Virus record (IMG/VR): IMGVR_UViG_3300031992_000007
Span: 96,001 to 160,000 of that record
Length of the DNA stretch: 64,000 nucleotides
Strand: one strand, 5' to 3'
Origin: a virus
Lineage: Duplodnaviria; Caudoviricetes
Of the stretch, positions 59,538 through 64,000 are shown in pieces. Positions within the stretch are counted from its first letter, which is position 1. Each line of letters begins with the position of its first letter. The position numbers were made by a program, and so were the translations under genes. The notes under the pieces are model-generated. The model did no database searches, was not told where the DNA came from, and saw only the letters and a list, made by a program, of their open reading frames with translations.

Positions 59538-59605
59538 AAAATCTCCTTTCTTATTGATGGTTGATGGTTCAGACACTAAAGTAATGTATAAACGAATAAA
59601 AATGA

Positions 59606-59634
59606 ACTACCCTCCGGCTTGCACCGGAGGGTAG
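59606..59634. terminator. Terminator hairpin
   Basis: ACTACCCTCCGG...CCGGAGGGTAGT. Confidence 0.75.
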
Positions 59635-59642
59635 TTTTGACC

Positions 59643-62600
59643 TTAAACTTGTTTCTTACGAAGATCGAATCCAGTCTGTGGCCCACCATTGTTGTCGTTG
59701 TACGACACATTGTTGGTATCACCACCGGCAGGCATACTGGAGATAGCAGAAGCCAGGTCTCCCATGCCATCGACCTTAAGACCATTCTGTCCGATGACAG
59801 ATGCAAGTAGACCGATGAGCTTCTGGTTCTGCTCGATAAGCTGTGCAAGTTTGTCGTCGTTAGGCGATTCCTTTGGTAGAGGTGCCGGTTTAGGCTCTTC
59901 CTTCTTCGGTGAGAAGAAGTCAGTAACACTACTCTTGAGCTTGTCCAGCCATCCGCCACTGGTTTCAGGTTCGATAACCTTAGGCTGAATGTTCTTACTA
60001 AGCTCAGTAGCCATGAGGTTGGTAGTAGGTTCGCTAGCCTTGTCCTCAGCATGAACAACACCATCCGCAGTCTTGACGTCATTGGCAGGGCCGATGTCCT
60101 CACCATGGAGAAGAGAGTTGAGCTTGGAACCAACCTTGGACAGGAGGTTACCAGCAACGTTACGTACAGGCATGATAGCCTCAGTACCTGCTTCTCCAGC
60201 TTCAACAGGAACACCATCTCCAACAAGAGCTTCTTTAGCCTTGTTAAGGAAGGCACCTGTCTTCTTGAACATCGCACGTTGGATGCCGAATGGATCAACC
60301 GCAGTGGCTAGACCCTTCTTAGCAAACCTCTTAAGTTTACCAAAGAATCCGCCTTTAGCGAAACGTTCCTCGAACTCGTCGTCCTCCTCACGAGCTTTGG
60401 CTTTCTTAGCAGCACGACGTTCCTCATAATCAGGGAGTTGTTCTTCGTACATCTCCTTGACATAATCAGGGTAGTTCTCGTACTGCCCCATAGCCTTCGC
60501 CATGCCGATGATACCCATTTGCTTGTCGGTAAGACCGTCCTTGCTAACAGGTTCACCAGCGATACGAATACCCGTGCGGGATGTCGATTCGGTAACGCTA
60601 CCGTCCTCGTCCTCAGAGGTTGTGCTAGATACCTCATCGTAAGTGCCATCGTCAATAGAAGTGGTCTTACCTTTCTTCTTGGGCGACTTACCGTACGTAG
60701 AAGCATCTTGACCGGTCTCCATCTCCCAGGCTTCTCTGGCTGCCTCTTCGGAGTCAGGATCGCCAGGCTGTTCAACTTGTGCCAACCATGGTTTCCGCTG
60801 TATAGCCAGTTTGCCATAGTGCTCTTCAGCAAGAGGATTACTGTACCCAGGTTCTGGTGGTTTCTCTTCAACTACAGGAGCGTTTCCGGTCACAGGGTTG
60901 ACGGACTTAGCTGCATCAGCGAGTTCCTGGTTCTTCTGTTCCAGTTCTTCTGCTTCCGCATCTTCTGCCTCTTCCTCGGCTTCCTCTTGCTTACGCTTGA
61001 GGTCCGAGACGACAGCATCCTCACCCGCTATGTCCTTCAGCTTCTTCTGCCAACCCTCAAGTTTCTCATCCGACCATTCAGCAGACGCGGAATCCACTTC
61101 ACGACGGAGTTCCTTAAGAGAATCGACAGTACGACCGTTGAACCACCTCTTGTCAGCCTTGACAGTAGATTCGTCGATGTCTTTAATCAACTGTCTACCG
61201 CGACGTTCGAGATCCTGATCCTCAGCATCGAAGTTGTAGCTGCTCTTAGCCTTGTCCCCGGCGATCTCCTTAAGCTTCTCCTTGAACTGCTTAAGGTTTT
61301 CGTCATCCCACTCTGGCTTCTTAGCTTCAACCGCTTGTTTGAGAGATTCAAGTAGGGACTTCTCGCTATTCCACCAATGGAACTCCTCCTTAGTCTTGTC
61401 AATATCTTCGACAAGAGATTTGCCCTTGGCCAGAACATTCTCGTCCATACCAGCTTCAAGATCTTCGTTGTCCTTGTCAGGAGCATCGTCGATACCGAAG
61501 AACTTAACCATCTTGCGATACTTCTCGCGCCATTCGTCGAGTTTCTCCTTGGACCATTCTCCGCGACCCCAGTCGATGCGAGTCTTGAGCGCCTTAAGAG
61601 CACCCTTCTTAACCAGCATCTGACCGAGTCCACCGGAACCACTGAAGAATCCGACTTTACTGGAAGCATCGTCGATGTCCTTCATTAGGGCTTCACCGCG
61701 CTTAGCGATTTCATCCTGGTCTTCCTCACCTTCTTCGTCCATAACTTCATGTGTGTCATCCTTCATGCGTTTAGCACGCTTGAGGATATCACGCCATTTG
61801 TCCTGGATGCCCATAGTGAGTTTCTCGAGAGCCTTCTTGCTAATAGAACCGATGCCAGGAGTATTGAACGAAGGGTGATTCTGTATCTTGGAGATGTGAG
61901 CAACGAGGTCATCGAGCTCCGCAACCTCAGGACTATTCACATTCATTCCGACTGCGGACTTCATGATGCGGTCCTTGAGATTGTCGAAGTATTCGATCAT
62001 CTCACCCCTGGTCATCTTGCCAAGCTTCGCGGCTTCTTCCTCAGAGTTACCTAACCCAAACTCAGCAGGATCTATCTCTTCAGAGTCACTGGTTCCTTCA
62101 CCATTCTCTTCCTTCTCTTTCTGTTCGAGTTCAGATAGAACAGCATCATCCCCAGCGATATCTTTAAGACGTTTTCTGTACTCTTCAAGCTTGTCGTCAG
62201 TCCATTCGGTTTCCTCACCTTCAACCCTAGACTTGAGTCGAGATAGATTCCACTTAATCTTAGGACTTCCGATCCACGAAAATTTGTTAGCAGTATCCTT
62301 AATGTCCTGAAGGACCTTCTTACCGTTTCTGTCGACACGCTCCTTATCCGCCCATTCGTCGTCATCTTTAGGGACTTCTGTAAGGACAGCGTCGTCACCA
62401 GCAATTTCCTTCAGCCTATCACGGAACTTATCAAGTACTCCATCTTTAGCCCACTTCATCTCTTCGCCTTCAACCTGAGATCTCAGACGAGAAAGATTCC
62501 ATTTGATCTTCGGACTAGTGAACCAAGAGAATTTGTCAGATGTCTTGTCTATGTCCTTCAGAAGCATTTTACCTTCTTTATCGGCACGCTCGGCATCTTT

Positions 62601-64000
62601 CCATCCCTCATCACTTTCCATGCTAGCCTTGAGCTCTTCAGCATCCTGACCAGTCAGCTCAGCGAACTGCTTCGCAACGTTATCGAAGAGTTCGTCGCTC
62701 CAAGTAGCTCTCTGAGCGGACAGCATGTCATAGAGACCTGTGAGTTGTTTCTTAAGCAGAGGGCTAGAGAACCAAGAGAGTTTGTTGCGGTACTCATCGA
62801 TCTTGTCGAGGAGCTTTCTACCGCCCTTCTCTATCTCGGGATCACCGAACTTCTCTTCCTTCCACTCAGGCGCAGAGATAACAGCATCTTCTCCAGCGAT
62901 CTCTTTGATTTTGTCACGCCACTCATCGAACTGTTCATCGTTCCACATCGAGAGGTCACCCTTGATCTCACTTCTCAGTGCAGCTAGGCGACTCTTGATA
63001 ATGGGACTACCGATCCAGCTGAAGTTCTCGGATGTTTTGTCAACATCTTTGAGTAGCTGTTTGCCCTTCTCCATCGTTTCGTCGTCAACACCCTCGGCTT
63101 CTTCACCGAAGACATCCTCACCAGTGATGGAGCTATATCGATCACGGAGTTCTTCGAAGTACTCGTCAGACCATTCGCCAGAGTTCTTCAAGTCGCTACG
63201 AAGAGATTTGAGCCGCATCTTCTTGATCGAGAACCAGCTATTGTCGCTCTCGATAGCTTTGCTGATCTTAGCGTCGAGTTCCTCAGCCTGTTTCTTATAC
63301 TGCTCGTAACCATCAGAAGTGAGGTTGTGTTTCATCGCCAGTTCCTGAGGTTTGAGCTTCAGGATATCCTTAGCGAGGTCCATAGCCTCATTATACTTCT
63401 GCCTACGAACAAGCACATCGAACTGAGTAATACCCGCGTCTACGAGACCAGTTTCATCTTCAGATGCTTTCTCTTCGAGTTCCTCTTTGATCTTCTGGCA
63501 GTCTTCGTAGTCCTTCTTACCAGTGATGAAGTTCCAGAAAGACTTAGCGCCTTTGACAACACTGCCTACGACACCACCAAGTTTGATACCAGCAAGCTTC
63601 TTAGCCTTCTTCCAGTTCTGGTTTTCAACAGCCTGGTTGAATGCATCGAGCAACTTGGATGCCTTTGGATCGCCATCCTCAACACGCTGCTCCAATTCCT
63701 TCTGGAACTTGTCGATTTCCTCAGGCGACATTGCATCATCATCGGAACCGAACAGGAAGTTTCCTACAGACTTAAGCGCACGTTTAGCGATGTTCTCATA
63801 CGGCATCTTAGCCAACTTACGAGCCTTTTCCCACTTCTCATCTGCGACGTAGTCTTCGAACATGTCGGAGCGTTTCTGAGCGCCCTTCTTGTTCTCGGCT
63901 ATGTCGATCTGGAATTGCTTTCTAGCTTTAGCGAGTTCAGCTTCGTCCATCGGTTTGCCGTCTCCACCAAGGATCGTTCTCCACTGGTTGAGCCAAGCGT
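59643..64000 (-). CDS. Very large tape-measure-like tail protein (phiKZ gp181-like position), C-terminal part; start lies outside the window
   Basis: Frame stays open to the window edge upstream of Met 63950; helical repeats and a GEAGTEAIMP motif. Confidence 0.6.
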   Translation of the reverse strand, partial: AWLNQWRTILGGDGKPMDEAELAKARKQFQIDIAENKKGAQKRSDMFEDYVADEKWEKARKLAKMPYENIAKRALKSVGNFLFGSDDDAMSPEEIDKFQKELEQRVEDGDPKASKLLDAFNQAVENQNWKKAKKLAGIKLGGVVGSVVKGAKSFWNFITGKKDYEDCQKIKEELEEKASEDETGLVDAGITQFDVLVRRQKYNEAMDLAKDILKLKPQELAMKHNLTSDGYEQYKKQAEELDAKISKAIESDNSWFSIKKMRLKSLRSDLKNSGEWSDEYFEELRDRYSSITGEDVFGEEAEGVDDETMEKGKQLLKDVDKTSENFSWIGSPIIKSRLAALRSEIKGDLSMWNDEQFDEWRDKIKEIAGEDAVISAPEWKEEKFGDPEIEKGGRKLLDKIDEYRNKLSWFSSPLLKKQLTGLYDMLSAQRATWSDELFDNVAKQFAELTGQDAEELKASMESDEGWKDAERADKEGKMLLKDIDKTSDKFSWFTSPKIKWNLSRLRSQVEGEEMKWAKDGVLDKFRDRLKEIAGDDAVLTEVPKDDDEWADKERVDRNGKKVLQDIKDTANKFSWIGSPKIKWNLSRLKSRVEGEETEWTDDKLEEYRKRLKDIAGDDAVLSELEQKEKEENGEGTSDSEEIDPAEFGLGNSEEEAAKLGKMTRGEMIEYFDNLKDRIMKSAVGMNVNSPEVAELDDLVAHISKIQNHPSFNTPGIGSISKKALEKLTMGIQDKWRDILKRAKRMKDDTHEVMDEEGEEDQDEIAKRGEALMKDIDDASSKVGFFSGSGGLGQMLVKKGALKALKTRIDWGRGEWSKEKLDEWREKYRKMVKFFGIDDAPDKDNEDLEAGMDENVLAKGKSLVEDIDKTKEEFHWWNSEKSLLESLKQAVEAKKPEWDDENLKQFKEKLKEIAGDKAKSSYNFDAEDQDLERRGRQLIKDIDESTVKADKRWFNGRTVDSLKELRREVDSASAEWSDEKLEGWQKKLKDIAGEDAVVSDLKRKQEEAEEEAEDAEAEELEQKNQELADAAKSVNPVTGNAPVVEEKPPEPGYSNPLAEEHYGKLAIQRKPWLAQVEQPGDPDSEEAAREAWEMETGQDASTYGKSPKKKGKTTSIDDGTYDEVSSTTSEDEDGSVTESTSRTGIRIAGEPVSKDGLTDKQMGIIGMAKAMGQYENYPDYVKEMYEEQLPDYEERRAAKKAKAREEDDEFEERFAKGGFFGKLKRFAKKGLATAVDPFGIQRAMFKKTGAFLNKAKEALVGDGVPVEAGEAGTEAIMPVRNVAGNLLSKVGSKLNSLLHGEDIGPANDVKTADGVVHAEDKASEPTTNLMATELSKNIQPKVIEPETSGGWLDKLKSSVTDFFSPKKEEPKPAPLPKESPNDDKLAQLIEQNQKLIGLLASVIGQNGLKVDGMGDLASAISSMPAGGDTNNVSYNDNNGGPQTGFDLRKKQV

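Noticed and set aside
1-64000. Alternative genetic code
   Set aside because: Long conserved genes are intact in code 11, and TAA, TAG and TGA all appear as stops.

Overview
A 64-kb segment of a phiKZ-like jumbo phage genome, read in the standard genetic code. It encodes two virion-type RNA polymerase subunits (beta' N-terminal part truncated at the left edge; beta at 35.6-40.0 kb), a family-B-like DNA polymerase, a divergent GroEL-like chaperonin, head, baseplate and tail structural proteins, and a tape-measure-like giant ORF truncated at the right edge. Nucleotide genes are a dNMP kinase, ThyX and dUTPase. There is also a DHH phosphoesterase, an ACP-like protein, tRNA-Asn, several long structured non-coding tracts, and phiKZ-type TATATTAC early promoters that all lie on the minus strand. 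The most striking observation is two arrays (972-1791 and 40017-40719) holding 11 cassettes of 123-144 nt with no start codon at the cassette boundary. Each is bounded by the anchors A-GGT-G and AGG-CTC-TCC, and each is an uninterrupted in-frame G-(37-44 variable aa)-RLS peptide with no similarity to the others. This looks like a silent cassette library for diversifying a protein segment; no acceptor gene or recombinase is recognisable in this window. All family assignments come from motif recognition and recalled resemblance, not database searches.
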